Below, piece after piece: positions 17,302 to 27,587 of a stretch of DNA of 64,000 nt; position 1 is the stretch's first letter; the number at the start of each line of letters is the position of its first letter. The DNA is taken from contig OY970067.1 in the NCBI GenBank assembly GCA_963705305.1, positions 224,001-288,000 of the forward strand, written 5' to 3'. The notes under the pieces are model-generated. The model was not told the DNA's origin and did no database searches. It saw nothing but the letters and a program-made list of their open reading frames with translations. Origin of the DNA: an uncultured Methylomirabilota bacterium. GTDB lineage: Bacteria; Methylomirabilota; Methylomirabilia; Methylomirabilales; 2-02-FULL-66-22. A program made the translations under genes and the position numbers.

Positions 17302-18269
17302 TCACCGCGCCTCCTCGGGCCGCGCCTGGACCGGCGGAAGCGGCCGCTCGTTGACGACGAGCTGGAACACGTCGGGCCGGGCGTAGTGGCCGACGACGTC
17401 GAAATCGAACTTGGCCCGGGCCACGTCCGCCAGATCCAGCTCGGCCGCCAGGATCTCCTCCCTATCGTAGACGGGGCCGGCCAGGACCTCTCCCAGCGGC
17501 GAGACGATCGCGCTTCCTCCGCGGCACAGGATTTCTGGCTGCCCCGCCAGATCCGCCACCCCCTCCAGGTCGGGCGGGTACATGGCCTTGGTGACGAACT
17601 GGTTGCACCCCAGGACGAAGCAGCGGCCCTCGCACGCGATGTGGCGGATGGTCGCCTGCCAGGAGTCGCGGGCGTCGGCAGTCGGCGCCAGATAGATCTC
17701 CACGCCCTTGGCGTACATGGCCATCCGCGCCAGCGGCATGTAGTTCTCCCAGCAAATCAGGCCCCCGACCTTGGCGAACTCCGTCTCCACCGCCGTCAGC
17801 GTGCTGCCATCCCCCTCGCCCCAGATGAGGCGCTCGGCCGCGGTCGGCTTGAGCTTGCGGTGCTTGCCCAAGAGCCGCCCGTCAGGCCCGAAGTAGAGCA
17901 GGGTGCAGTAGAGGGTCCCGCCGCCGAAGTCCCGGTCCCGCTCGATCACCCCGACGACCAGGTACGCGCCCGCCCGGCGGGCCGCCTCCCCCAGGGCCCG
18001 GGTGGCGGGGCCGGGCACCTCCACCGCCCCTTTCCAATAGGCCTCCCACGTCAGCCGCCCCGCCGGTGTGCGGCCGCCCACCACCGTGCCGAAGCTCAGG
18101 CCCCGCGGGTAGGCGGGGACGAAGGCTTCCGGGAACAGCACCAGCCTGGCCCCCGCTCTGCCGCCCGGGCCGTCAGGTCGCAGGCCTTGGCGATCGAGGC
18201 CTCGCGGTCGAACAGAACCGGCGCGGCCTGCACCACCGCCACCGTCACTCGGGGCAACGCATCGCGCAT
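17302..18269 (-). CDS. Nitrilase (carbon-nitrogen hydrolase) with a single-base frameshift near 18150-18165
   Basis: MRDALPRVTVAVVQAAPVLFD in one frame; LVLFPEAF, HRKLKPT and ICWENYMP in the next. The break lies at or beside a G5 run, so it may be a sequencing error. Confidence 0.85.
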
Positions 18270-18463
18270 CGTCGGCCTCCTGCCTCAAAGGTTGGCCCGC
18301 ACCGGGTACCCGCCCGAAGGGTGGGTGCAGGCGCCAGGCGTCGAAAGGGCGCCACGGCCCGACTCCGGTCTGGCCGTCACTTTCCTCTTGCAGGATTCAG
18401 TAAAGCCAAGACCCCGGCAGGCGGCCGGGGTCCGGTTCATCACGGGGCAGCATGGTCATACGG

Positions 18464-18661
18464 CTAGGCGCGGTCGGGAGATTCACGCTTCTTGGAAAGG
18501 ACCAGCACGGTACGCTCGGGGTCCCTGGGGTTGGGGCTCTCCATCACGTCGTATCCTTCCTCGCAGCGCTGGCACCAGATCTCCTCCAGGCCCGGCCGCA
18601 GCACCAGGATCTCCAGGCAGTTGGGGCAGCTCACCTCGGCTTTTTCCCACGGCGTGTCCAT
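18464..18661 (-). CDS. Small protein with two CxxC motifs (zinc ribbon-like)
   Basis: CPNC ... CQRC, 65 aa, G-rich RBS-like sequence upstream. Confidence 0.6.
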   Translation of the reverse strand: MDTPWEKAEVSCPNCLEILVLRPGLEEIWCQRCEEGYDVMESPNPRDPERTVLVLSKKRESPDRA

Positions 18662-18809
18662 GTGGCCCCCCGCTTCGCAACGGCGTCAGCGGTACTGCAT
18701 CTTCTAGAATAGTATAGCGAGCGATAGGACCCGGCGTCGAGCGCTTTCTGGTCCCGTAATGTCCTGCGCCCCGGCGGCGGCCGGGTCTCTTCCCGGGCCG
18801 AGGCCCGGC

Positions 18810-18838
18810 TTGACCCCTTCGGGTGAATGCGCTAGATT
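18810..18838 (+). promoter_or_regulatory. Putative sigma70 promoter
   Basis: TTGACC-17 nt-TAGATT, upstream of AGGAGG and the ATG at 18871. Confidence 0.45.
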
Positions 18839-18870
18839 CGGCCCGGCACACTTCACAGGAGGGCTCGCGC

Positions 18871-19251
18871 ATGGCGACGGAGCGCAAGATTCGGATCACG
18901 GCCGGCCAGGTGAGCGCGGAGGCGGTCCTGAACGACTCGCCGACCGCCGGAAAGATCTGGGAGGCCCTGCCCATCGACGGCCGCGCCAACACCTGGGGGG
19001 ACGAGATCTACTTCTCCATTCCGGTGCAGGCCAAGCAGGAGAAGGACGCCCGCGACATCGTCGCCGTGGGCGAGCTGGGCTACTGGCCGCCCGGCAGCGC
19101 CTTCTGCATCTTCTTCGGCCGGACCCCGGCCAGCACCGACGAGCGGCCCCGCGCCGCCAGCGCGGTCAACATCCTCGGCAAGGTCCAGGGGGATCCCGCG
19201 GCGTTCAAGGCCGTCCGCTCCGGGACGCAGGTGAGACTGGAACGGGCGTGA
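18871..19251 (+). CDS. Cyclophilin-like fold protein
   Basis: TWGDEIYF, GELGYWPPGSAFCIFFGRTP. Confidence 0.85.
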   Translation: MATERKIRITAGQVSAEAVLNDSPTAGKIWEALPIDGRANTWGDEIYFSIPVQAKQEKDARDIVAVGELGYWPPGSAFCIFFGRTPASTDERPRAASAVNILGKVQGDPAAFKAVRSGTQVRLERA

Positions 19252-22200
19252 AGCGCCCGCTCGTCCCCGCCGCCCTTCCGCAGGCCGGCGCCCTTCAAGA
19301 GCTCGACGGCTTTCTGCAGACCCTGCTCCATCGGGAGATGAGCCGGGGGCACGTCGTGCACGTCGAGCGCATTCCCACCCGTGTGCCCCATCACGCCGAT
19401 CCCGATCCCCCGCTGCCCGAGCCGCTGCAGCAGTCCCTGCGGGCCGCCGGGATCGACCGGCTCTACACGCACCAGGTGGAGGCGCTGGAGCACGCCCGGG
19501 CCGGACGCGACGTCTCTGGTGGTCACGGGCACGGCCTCGGGGAAGAGCCTGGCCTACCAGCTCCCCGTCCTGGAGACGCTCCTCCGCGAGCCGGAGTCCC
19601 GCGCCCTCTTCCTCTTCCCCACCAAAGCGCTGGAGCAGGACCAGCTGAAATCCCTGCGCGAGCTCATCCCTGAGGGCGCGGGCATCCGGGCCGAGATCCT
19701 GGACGGCGACACCCCGGCCCACCGCCGCGCGCAGCTCCGGGAGACGCTCCCCCACATCCTGGTCAGCAATCCCGACATCCTGCACCTCTCCCTGCTGCCC
19801 CACCACGCCGCCTGGAAGGGCTTCTGGGAGCGGCTCCGCTTCATAGTCCTGGACGAGCTGCACACCTACAAGGGCATCTTCGGATCGCACATCTCCCACG
19901 TCCTGCGCCGGCTGCACCGGGTGGCGGCCTTCTACGGCAGCCGGCCCCGGTTCATCACCTGCTCCGCCACCATCAGCAACCCCGCCGAGTTCGCCGAGAC
20001 CCTGGTCGGCCGGCCCTTCGTCCCGGTGTCCGACGACGGATCGCCGGCCCGCGGCAAGCGCTTCGTCTTCGTCAACCCGACCGGCAGCCCGTACGGCGAG
20101 GCCACGGAGCTTCTGCTCCACTGCATCCAGGCCGGCTACAAGACCATCGCCTTCGCCAAGGCGCGCAAGATCGCCGAGCTGATCACCATGTGGGCGCACC
20201 AGGCGGCGCCCCAGCTGGCGTCCAAGATCCGCGCCTACCGGGCGGGCTATCGCCCCGAGGAGCGGCGCGCCATCGAGCAGGGCCTGTTTCAGGAGCGGCT
20301 CTCGGGGGTGGTCTCCACCTCAGCCCTCGAGCTGGGGATCGACGTGGGCGGCCTGGACGCCTGCCTGCTGGTGGGCTACCCGGGCAGCATCGCCAGCACC
20401 TGGCAGCGCGGGGGCCGCGTCGGACGGGGCGGGCAGGAGGCCCTGATCATCCTGGTGGCCCTCCCCGACGCCCTGGACCAGTACTTCATGCGGCACCCCG
20501 GGGACTTCTTCGCCCGCTCCCCAGAGGCCGCGGTGGTGGATCCCGGCAACCGGCGCATCCTCCAGGACCACCTGGTGGCGGCCGCGGCGGAGCTGCCCCT
20601 TCGCCCCACCGACACGATCCACTACGGCCCGGACCTCGGCCGGCATATCGCCGATCTGGCCGACGAGCGGCGCCTGGTCCAGAGCGCCGACGGCAGCGAG
20701 TGGTACGCCCGCCGCCGTAATCCGGCCCGCGAGATCAGCATCCGCTCGGTCGGCGAGCCCTTCGCCATCCTGGACCCGGCCGGAAAGAGCGTCGGCAGCG
20801 TGGACGGATTCCGCGCCGTGCGCGAGTGCCACCCCGGCGCAGTCTATCTGCACCAGGGGCGGCAGTTCGAGGTTACCGACCTGGACCTGGCCCAGCGGAA
20901 GGTGCGGGCCCGTCCGGTGGAGGTGGACTACTACACCCAGACCACCGGCGAGAAGGAGACCGAGATCCTCCACTGCCAGGAATTCCGGCAGGTCCGGGGG
21001 ACCGTGGCGCGCCTGGGGCGCCTGAAGGTGACGGAGCGGATCACCGGCTTCGAGAAGCGGCGCATCTTCGGCCAGGACCGGATCGGCAGCTACCCGCTGG
21101 ACCTGCCCCCGCACACCTTCGAGACGCAGGGCTTCTGGTTCGAGATTCCGGAGGTGCTGCGCGACTACGTGAAGTACGGTCCCCGGCCCGGCCTGCACTT
21201 CATGGGGGGGATCCACGCCATCGAGCACGCCACGATCGGGCTGTTCCCCCTCTTCGCCCTCTGCGACCGGGGGGACGTGGGAGGGATCTCCCAGACCTTT
21301 CACCCCCAGGTCGGGCGCCCGGCCATCTTCATCTATGACGGCTACCCCGAGGGCATCGGCCTGGCCGAGCGGTGCTATCGGGTCCTGGAGGAACTCCTGG
21401 CCCACACCCTGCGCCTGCTCCTGGACTGCCCCTGCGAATCGGGGTGCCCGTCCTGCATCCACTCGCCCAAGTGCGGCTCGGGAAACAAGCCACTGGACAA
21501 GGCCGCGGCCGTCTTCATCCTGCAGGGCCTGCTGGGCTTTATCGAGATCCCCGAGGCCGTCGAGGCGCCGCCGCCGGACCGTCTGCTTGCCCCGGCTTCC
21601 GCCGAGCGCCCGCTCCCGGCCGGAGTCGCCGCCTCGCTGCCGGCCGCGCCCCGCATCCTGGTCCTGGACCTAGAAACCCAGCGGAGCGCGGAGGAGGTCG
21701 GAGGCTGGGAGCATGCCGACCGCATGGGGCTGGCCGTGGCCGTCACGGCGGATCTGGCCACCGGCGAGATGCGGGTGTACACGGAGGCGCAGGTTGACGC
21801 CCTGCTGGAAGCGCTGTCCGCCGCCGCCTGCATCATCGGGTTCAACATCCGGCGCTTCGACTTCACCGTCCTCCGCGGGTACCGGCAGATGGACTACGCG
21901 GCCCTGCCGGCCCTGGACATCCTGGAGGAGGTCCACGCCGGCCTCGGATTCCGGCTCAGCTTGAACCACCTGGCCCAGGAGACGCTGGGGGCTCCCAAGC
22001 TGGCGGACGGCCTGCAAAGCCTGGCCTGGTGGAAGGCCGGCGAGACGGAAAAGGTCCTGGAATACTGCAAGGCGGACGTGGAGCTGACCCGGCGGCTGTT
22101 CGAGTTCGGCCACACTCACGGCTATCTGCTCTACCGGGACTACCAGGGTCGGCCGGCCAGACTTCCGGTCCGGTTTCGGGAAAAAATATTGTCGCAGGGA

Positions 22201-22308
22201 GAGGGATTCGGATATAATCCGTCCCCTGCGGACGGACGGCCGTTAGGCGAAGTAATCTTCTTGGCGGATCGCACCAATCTCGGTTCAGCACCCCAGGGAG
22301 GCGGTTGA
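19248..22308 (+). CDS. DEAD/DEAH helicase with DUF1998, fused to a C-terminal RNase H-like domain (MrfA-MrfB-like); frameshift near 19515
   Basis: LYTHQVEA, then TGTASGKS in the next frame; DELHTY, SAT, ALELGIDVG, QRGGRVGR, CPCESGCPSC, then DLETQR, GFNIRRFD, YCKADV. Confidence 0.88.
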
Positions 22309-22314
22309 CGCGAG

Positions 22315-22935
22315 ATGATGGATTACAAGACGATTCAGCGTGCTTACGCCATGCTTTCGCCGGTCTACGATTTTCTGTTCGATAAGGTCTTTTATCCCGG
22401 GCGGGTGGAGGCCGTCAAGCTGTTGGAGATCAAGCCGGGCGATCGGGTCCTGGAGGTGGGCGTGGGCACCGGCCTGAACCTGCCCCTGTACCCAAAGAAC
22501 TGCGAAATCGTCGGCATCGATATCTCGGAGGGGATGCTCAAGAAGGCCTGGGAGCGGGTGAGGGACCTGGACCTCACCAACGCCACGCTCACCGTGATGG
22601 ACGCATCCAAGCTCGAGTTCCCCGACAACAGCTTCGACCGCGTCATCGCCACCTATGTCATCAGCGCCGTGCCGGATCCGGTGAAGACCCTGCTGGAGAT
22701 GCAGCGGGTGTGCAAGCCGAACGGCCATCTGGTGATCTTGAACCATTTCAAGAGCGAGAATCCGATCATCGGAGCCTTCGAGAAGATGCTGGCCCCGGTG
22801 TGCACCCGGATCGGCTTCCAGACCGATTTGAAGCTGAAGCCGCTCCTGGAACGGGTGTCCCTGCGCCCCGAGCGGCTGTATCGGGTCAATTTGCTGAACG
22901 GCTGGCGTCTGGTCCGCTGCATCAATCCGCAATAG
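22315..22935 (+). CDS. Class I SAM-dependent methyltransferase (PmtA-like phospholipid N-methyltransferase)
   Basis: VLEVGVGTGLNLPLY, GIDISEGML, ILNHF. Confidence 0.85.
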   Translation: MMDYKTIQRAYAMLSPVYDFLFDKVFYPGRVEAVKLLEIKPGDRVLEVGVGTGLNLPLYPKNCEIVGIDISEGMLKKAWERVRDLDLTNATLTVMDASKLEFPDNSFDRVIATYVISAVPDPVKTLLEMQRVCKPNGHLVILNHFKSENPIIGAFEKMLAPVCTRIGFQTDLKLKPLLERVSLRPERLYRVNLLNGWRLVRCINPQ

Positions 22936-23072
22936 GCGGATAGACCACCCGCCTTGGCGAAGGCGCAGCTCCACGACCGACGCCCCGGAGAGTCCCCGGC
23001 CGCTGGTGGGGAGCGCTGGCTCTGCCCCAGGTGCTACTGCCCGGGGCATTTGTTTCTGCGGAGAGAGACCCC

Positions 23073-24299
23073 ATGGCGATGAAATTGATGAAGGCCTTCA
23101 TCTCTCTGGACGAGGGGATGCGCATCCTGCTGGAGTGCGTGACGCCCGTCTCCCGGACAGAGCGCATCCCGCTGGGCCAGGCCGCCGGCCGGGTGCTGGC
23201 GGAGCCCGTCGTGGCTGGGATGGACGTGCCGCCGTTCCCGCGGGCGGCCATGGACGGCTATGCGGTCATCGCCCAGGACACGTTCGGGGCTGGGAATTTC
23301 AACCCAGCCCGCCTACGGCGGATCGAGGTGATTCACGCGGCCGAGATCGCAGAGCGCGAGGTCGCGCCGGGAACCTGCATCCAGGTGGCCACCGGCTCTC
23401 CCATCCCGGCGGGGGCCGACGCCGTGGTCCAGGTCGAGGACACCGAGCTGGAGGGAGACTCCCCGGCGGAGGAGACGATTAAGGTTTACAAGCCGGTCTA
23501 TCCGCGCCAAAACGTCTCGCCCCAGGGCCAGGACATCCAGGCCGGGTGCGAGGTCCTGCCGGTCGGCATTCAACTGCACCCCAGCAAGATCGGCGTGCTG
23601 GCCGCCCTGGGCATCGTCGAGGTCGCGGTCTTCGCCAGGCCGGCGGTGGCCGTGATCCCCTCGGGCAACGAGATCGTGCCGCCGGGCGATCCCCTGGTGC
23701 CCGGGAAGATCTACGATATCAACTCCTACACCCTCTCCGCCCTGATCCAAGAGCAGGGGGGGACGCCCAGGCTCTTCCCCGTCATGAAGGACACGCTGGA
23801 GGACGTGCGCCGCACCCTGCGCGAGGCCTTGGCCTGCGACCTGATCGTCCTGTCCGGCGGAAGCTCCGTCGGCGAGCGGGACGTGATGGTCGAGGCGGTC
23901 GAGGGCATGGGCGAGGTGAAGTTCCACGGGATTGCGGTCAAGCCCGGAAAGCCCACCCTCTGCGCCCTCGTGGAGGGAAAGCTGGTCCTGGGGATGCCGG
24001 GGTATCCCACCTCGTGCCTCACCAACGGCTACGGCTTGCTGGCTCCCGCCCTGTGGAAGCTGGCCCGTCTTTCTGCGCCCCGGACGGGCGGCGTGGAACT
24101 GCCCATGTCGCGCCGGTACACCTCCACCATCGGCCGCCACCAGTTCCTGCCGGTGCGGGTGGAGAGCGGCGAGGTCGTCCCGGTCTTCAAGGAGTCCGGG
24201 GCCATCACCTCCATGGCCAATGCCGAGGGCTACATCGAGATTCCAGCCAACGTCGACCTGGTGGAGAAGGGCGAGAAGGTCCGGATAACGTTCTTCTGA
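23073..24299 (+). CDS. moeA: Molybdopterin molybdotransferase
   Basis: DVPPFPRAAMDGYAV, TGSPIPAGADAVVQVE, SGNEI, SGGSSVG, KPGKP, GMPGYP. Confidence 0.92.
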   Translation: MAMKLMKAFISLDEGMRILLECVTPVSRTERIPLGQAAGRVLAEPVVAGMDVPPFPRAAMDGYAVIAQDTFGAGNFNPARLRRIEVIHAAEIAEREVAPGTCIQVATGSPIPAGADAVVQVEDTELEGDSPAEETIKVYKPVYPRQNVSPQGQDIQAGCEVLPVGIQLHPSKIGVLAALGIVEVAVFARPAVAVIPSGNEIVPPGDPLVPGKIYDINSYTLSALIQEQGGTPRLFPVMKDTLEDVRRTLREALACDLIVLSGGSSVGERDVMVEAVEGMGEVKFHGIAVKPGKPTLCALVEGKLVLGMPGYPTSCLTNGYGLLAPALWKLARLSAPRTGGVELPMSRRYTSTIGRHQFLPVRVESGEVVPVFKESGAITSMANAEGYIEIPANVDLVEKGEKVRITFF

Positions 24300-24309
24300 G
24301 GAGGTGGCC

Positions 24310-24843
24310 ATGCATCGCAACTGGTGGCTGCCGGTCTCCGCCATCGGGGCCGCGCTTTTGACGCTGCCCGTGCTGCCCGCGGCGGGCGCACCCGCCCAGG
24401 CCGGTCCCCCGACCTACCAGATGGAGGTGTTGGGGGTCGCGCCCGATCCGCAGTCCGGCGCGCCCGTGCTCTTCCTCCGGGCAAAAGAGGACAAGCGGCA
24501 GCTGTCCATGTTTATCGGCCCCTTCGAGGCCCAGGGAATCGTGCTGGCCCTGGAAGGGAGCCGGACAGAGCGGCCGTACACCCACGAATTGATGCTGGAG
24601 GCGATCCACCGCCTCCAGGCCAAGGTGAAGCGCGTGGTGATCACCGGAGTCAAGGAGGATGCCTTCCTGGCCGATCTGGTCCTGTTGAACGCGGAGGGAC
24701 GGGAAGTCGTCTTGGACGCCCGCCCCAGCGATGCCATCGCCCTGGCCCTCCGGGAGGGGGCCCCCATCCTGGCGGCCGAGCCGGTCTTCGCCCACTCCCA
24801 GAGCCCGCGCGAGTCGCAGCCGAGGCGGGGGAGCAGGCTGTGA
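24310..24843 (+). CDS. Bifunctional nuclease family protein (DUF151) with a signal-peptide-like N-terminus
   Basis: IGPFEAQGI, RPYTHEL, DARPSDAIALAL. Confidence 0.85.
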   Translation: MHRNWWLPVSAIGAALLTLPVLPAAGAPAQAGPPTYQMEVLGVAPDPQSGAPVLFLRAKEDKRQLSMFIGPFEAQGIVLALEGSRTERPYTHELMLEAIHRLQAKVKRVVITGVKEDAFLADLVLLNAEGREVVLDARPSDAIALALREGAPILAAEPVFAHSQSPRESQPRRGSRL

Positions 24844-25766
24844 GGCGCTGGGCTATCGGGCTGCTCCTGGTCGTGCTGTCCGCCACGACGGGAGTGGCGG
24901 CAGAGCCCCCGGCCGAGTCTCCGCCGCCGCCCGCCAAGATCGACCCGCAGATGCAAGAGGCCATTCAGCGCTACAATGCGGGGGTGGCGGCCCTGCAGCG
25001 GCGCGACCTGGACTATGCGCTCTATCAGTTCCGGCAGGCCGTCCGCCTGAATCCCGCCATGGTGGAGGGCTACCACAACCTGGGCATCACCCTGCTGGAG
25101 CTCCGCCAGTTCCCCCAGGCCATCGAGGCCTTCACCCACACCCTGGAGCTCGATCCCAACCACATCGAGGCCCGCCTGGGCCTGGGCATGGCCTATCGCG
25201 GCAACGGCAATTTCCACCGCGCCATCGCGGAGCTGACCCGCGTGCTGCCCTCGAAGGCGGATGATCCGCAGGTCCACCTGGCCCTGGGCGACCTCTACCG
25301 GAAGATCAAAGAGCCCCAGCTGGCGATCGACCAATTCCGCGAGGCCGCACGCCTGAACCCCGACGACGCCTCGGCGCAGTTCCAACTGGGACTCGCCTGC
25401 GCGGATGCCGGCGAGATCGACCCCGCCATCCGGGCCTTCCAGGCCGCCGCCCGCCTTCGTCCAGAGGACGCCGACTCCTACTTCAACCTCGGCGTCGTGA
25501 TGGGAAAGAAGATCCGCAACCTGGTGGACGAAAAGGTCGAGGCCTACCGCCAGGCCGTGGCCCTCCGCCCGACCCAGGCGGACGCCCATTACTACCTGGG
25601 GGTGGCCTACATCGAGAAAGCGCAGCTCAGCCCGGTGGAGGAGAAGCGCGCCCTGCTCCAGCTCGCCCTGGAGCAGTTCCGGCTGTTCCAGCAGTACGCG
25701 CCCGAGGATCCCAAGGCCGCGGCGGCGGCCCACAACATTCGGGTGCTGGAGCCGCAGACGAAATGA
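24840..25766 (+). CDS. Tetratricopeptide repeat protein, probably exported
   Basis: Repeated TPR units (YHNLGITL, HLALGDLY, YFNLGVV, HYYLGVAY); hydrophobic N-terminus; GTGA overlap with the DUF151 gene. Confidence 0.85.
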   Translation: MRRWAIGLLLVVLSATTGVAAEPPAESPPPPAKIDPQMQEAIQRYNAGVAALQRRDLDYALYQFRQAVRLNPAMVEGYHNLGITLLELRQFPQAIEAFTHTLELDPNHIEARLGLGMAYRGNGNFHRAIAELTRVLPSKADDPQVHLALGDLYRKIKEPQLAIDQFREAARLNPDDASAQFQLGLACADAGEIDPAIRAFQAAARLRPEDADSYFNLGVVMGKKIRNLVDEKVEAYRQAVALRPTQADAHYYLGVAYIEKAQLSPVEEKRALLQLALEQFRLFQQYAPEDPKAAAAAHNIRVLEPQTK

Positions 25767-25826
25767 GCCGGGCGGGCGGGACGCCCGCCTGAGCCGATCG
25801 GGGCAAGGCGCACATTGGAGGCGGCC

Positions 25827-26354
25827 ATGGGCTCCGCCCTCCTGATCACGGGCCCACCGGGGGTTGGGAAGACGACCCTGGTCCGCAGCCTGGTCGCCGA
25901 GCTGCCCGTGCGGGCGGGAGGGTTCTTCACCGAGGAGATCCGCGAGAACGACCGGCGCGTCGGGTTCCGCGTCACCAGCCTGGACGGCCGCACGGGGATG
26001 ATGGCCCACGTGAAGGGCGGTGCGGGACCCCGGGTCGGACCCTACTACGTGGACGTGGCGACCTTCGAGGCCGTGGGGGTGGCGGCCCTGGAGGCCGCCG
26101 CGCGCGACGCCGACCTAGTCGTGGTGGATGAGATCGGGAAGATGGAGTTGTGCTCCTCCCGCTTCATCGCCACCCTGGAGGCCGCGCTGGCCTCCCCCAC
26201 GCCGATCCTGGGGACGATCCTCCAGGCCCCCCACCCATGGACGGACGCGCTGAAGCGACGCCCCGGCGTGGATCTGTACCGGCTCACCTCCCGCAACCGC
26301 CAACACCTGCAGGACGCCCTGCTGGCCCGGCTGACGACGGAGGCCGCTTCGTGA
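25827..26354 (+). CDS. NTPase (THEP1/NTPase_1 family)
   Basis: ITGPPGVGKTT, GGFFTEE, VVDEIGKMEL. Confidence 0.88.
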   Translation: MGSALLITGPPGVGKTTLVRSLVAELPVRAGGFFTEEIRENDRRVGFRVTSLDGRTGMMAHVKGGAGPRVGPYYVDVATFEAVGVAALEAAARDADLVVVDEIGKMELCSSRFIATLEAALASPTPILGTILQAPHPWTDALKRRPGVDLYRLTSRNRQHLQDALLARLTTEAAS

Positions 26355-27274
26355 GCTTGCCCTTCGGCGGCCTGGTCACGTTCGTCCAGGTCCCCCGCTA
26401 CGATCCGGGCGAAGCCCCCGCCCCCCAGGCGGCGGTCCTGGGGATTCCCACCGACGAGGCCACCACGCAGCACCCGGGCGCGCGCTACGGCCCTCGGGCC
26501 ATCCGGGACGCCTCCACCCAGTTTCCCTACTTCAAGCGGGGAGGCGGATACTTCGATCCCGAGCGGAGCCGTCCCATGCTCGCCGACCTCACGCTGCGCG
26601 ATGCCGGGGACGTGGAGATCGTTCCCACCCTCCCCCGCGAGAACGGCGCGCGGATCGCCGAAGCGGCCGCCGCGCTGCTGGGCCGCGAGATCTTCCCCAT
26701 CTGTCTGGGCGGCGATCACAGCGTCACCCCGCACATCCTGACCGCCTTCGCGCTCATCCCCGTGCACCTGATCCAGATCGACGCCCACATGGACTTCGTG
26801 GACCGGCTGGGCGGGGCTTCGGCCACGCACGCCAGCCCCATGCGCCGCGCCCGCGAGCTGCCCCAGGTGCGCAGCCTGACCCAGATCGGCATCCGCAGCA
26901 TCGTGTCCGGGGCCGAGGATTACGACGCCGCCCGGGCGGCCGGGAATCGCATCATCACCTCGGCCCGGGTCCTGGAGGGACGGGAGGGGGACTGGTGCGC
27001 CGACCTGGAGGGGGACGCCTACCTCACCATCGATATCGACGCCTTCGATCCCGCCGCCGCCCCGGGGACCGGTTTTGCCGAGCCGGGGGGCTTGCAGTTT
27101 CGCGACGTCGTCCGTCTGGTGCGGACGCTCGCGTCCCGGCTCCGTCTCCGGGGCATGGATCTGGTCGAGGTCAACCCCTACCTGGATCCCAGCCGGCGCA
27201 CCGCCGTTCTGGCTGCCCGCACGATTCTCGAAGTGCTGAGCGGGGTCTTCGATCCGCCGATCCCCCCTGCCTGA
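26351..27274 (+). CDS. Agmatinase/ureohydrolase family protein
   Basis: GARYGPRAIR, GGDHS, DAHMD, TIDIDAFDP, PGTG, EVNP. Confidence 0.9.
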   Translation: MSLPFGGLVTFVQVPRYDPGEAPAPQAAVLGIPTDEATTQHPGARYGPRAIRDASTQFPYFKRGGGYFDPERSRPMLADLTLRDAGDVEIVPTLPRENGARIAEAAAALLGREIFPICLGGDHSVTPHILTAFALIPVHLIQIDAHMDFVDRLGGASATHASPMRRARELPQVRSLTQIGIRSIVSGAEDYDAARAAGNRIITSARVLEGREGDWCADLEGDAYLTIDIDAFDPAAAPGTGFAEPGGLQFRDVVRLVRTLASRLRLRGMDLVEVNPYLDPSRRTAVLAARTILEVLSGVFDPPIPPA

Positions 27275-27277
27275 CGC

Positions 27278-27504
27278 GAGGGCGCTGGGGAGCGGGGGCG
27301 AGGGGGCGCACCGCTTCGCTCGGGCGCAGAGGCGCTGGGGAGCTCCGGAATTCAAAATTGGAGAACACGTATCTCACGCAAAGCACGCAAAGGTCGCAAA
27401 GAGAAGCTGAACAGGAAGGTGGATTACAGAACCACTGACTACTGACCCCTGCCTACTGGAAATGGCGATCTTTGCGTGAGATCAGGCTCGGTTTCTTCCT
27501 CACG
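27278..27504. repeat. Composite intergenic repeat, copy 3
   Basis: 27331-27504 is nearly colinear with 12902-13089. Confidence 0.8.
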
Positions 27505-27587
27505 GTCGCAGCTCTTGCTCCGGTTCACCGGTTCCCCGGCTCACCGATTCGCCGCACGGGAGCCACCGCAGGAGAGCGCACTCTGGA

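Noticed and set aside
18150..18165. Programmed frameshift in the nitrilase gene
   Set aside because: One base is missing at or beside a G5 run, with no slippery heptamer; sequencing error or a recent mutation is simpler.
19510..19520. Programmed frameshift in the helicase gene
   Set aside because: A single extra base in GTCTCTGG with no recoding signal; likely an error or a recent mutation.
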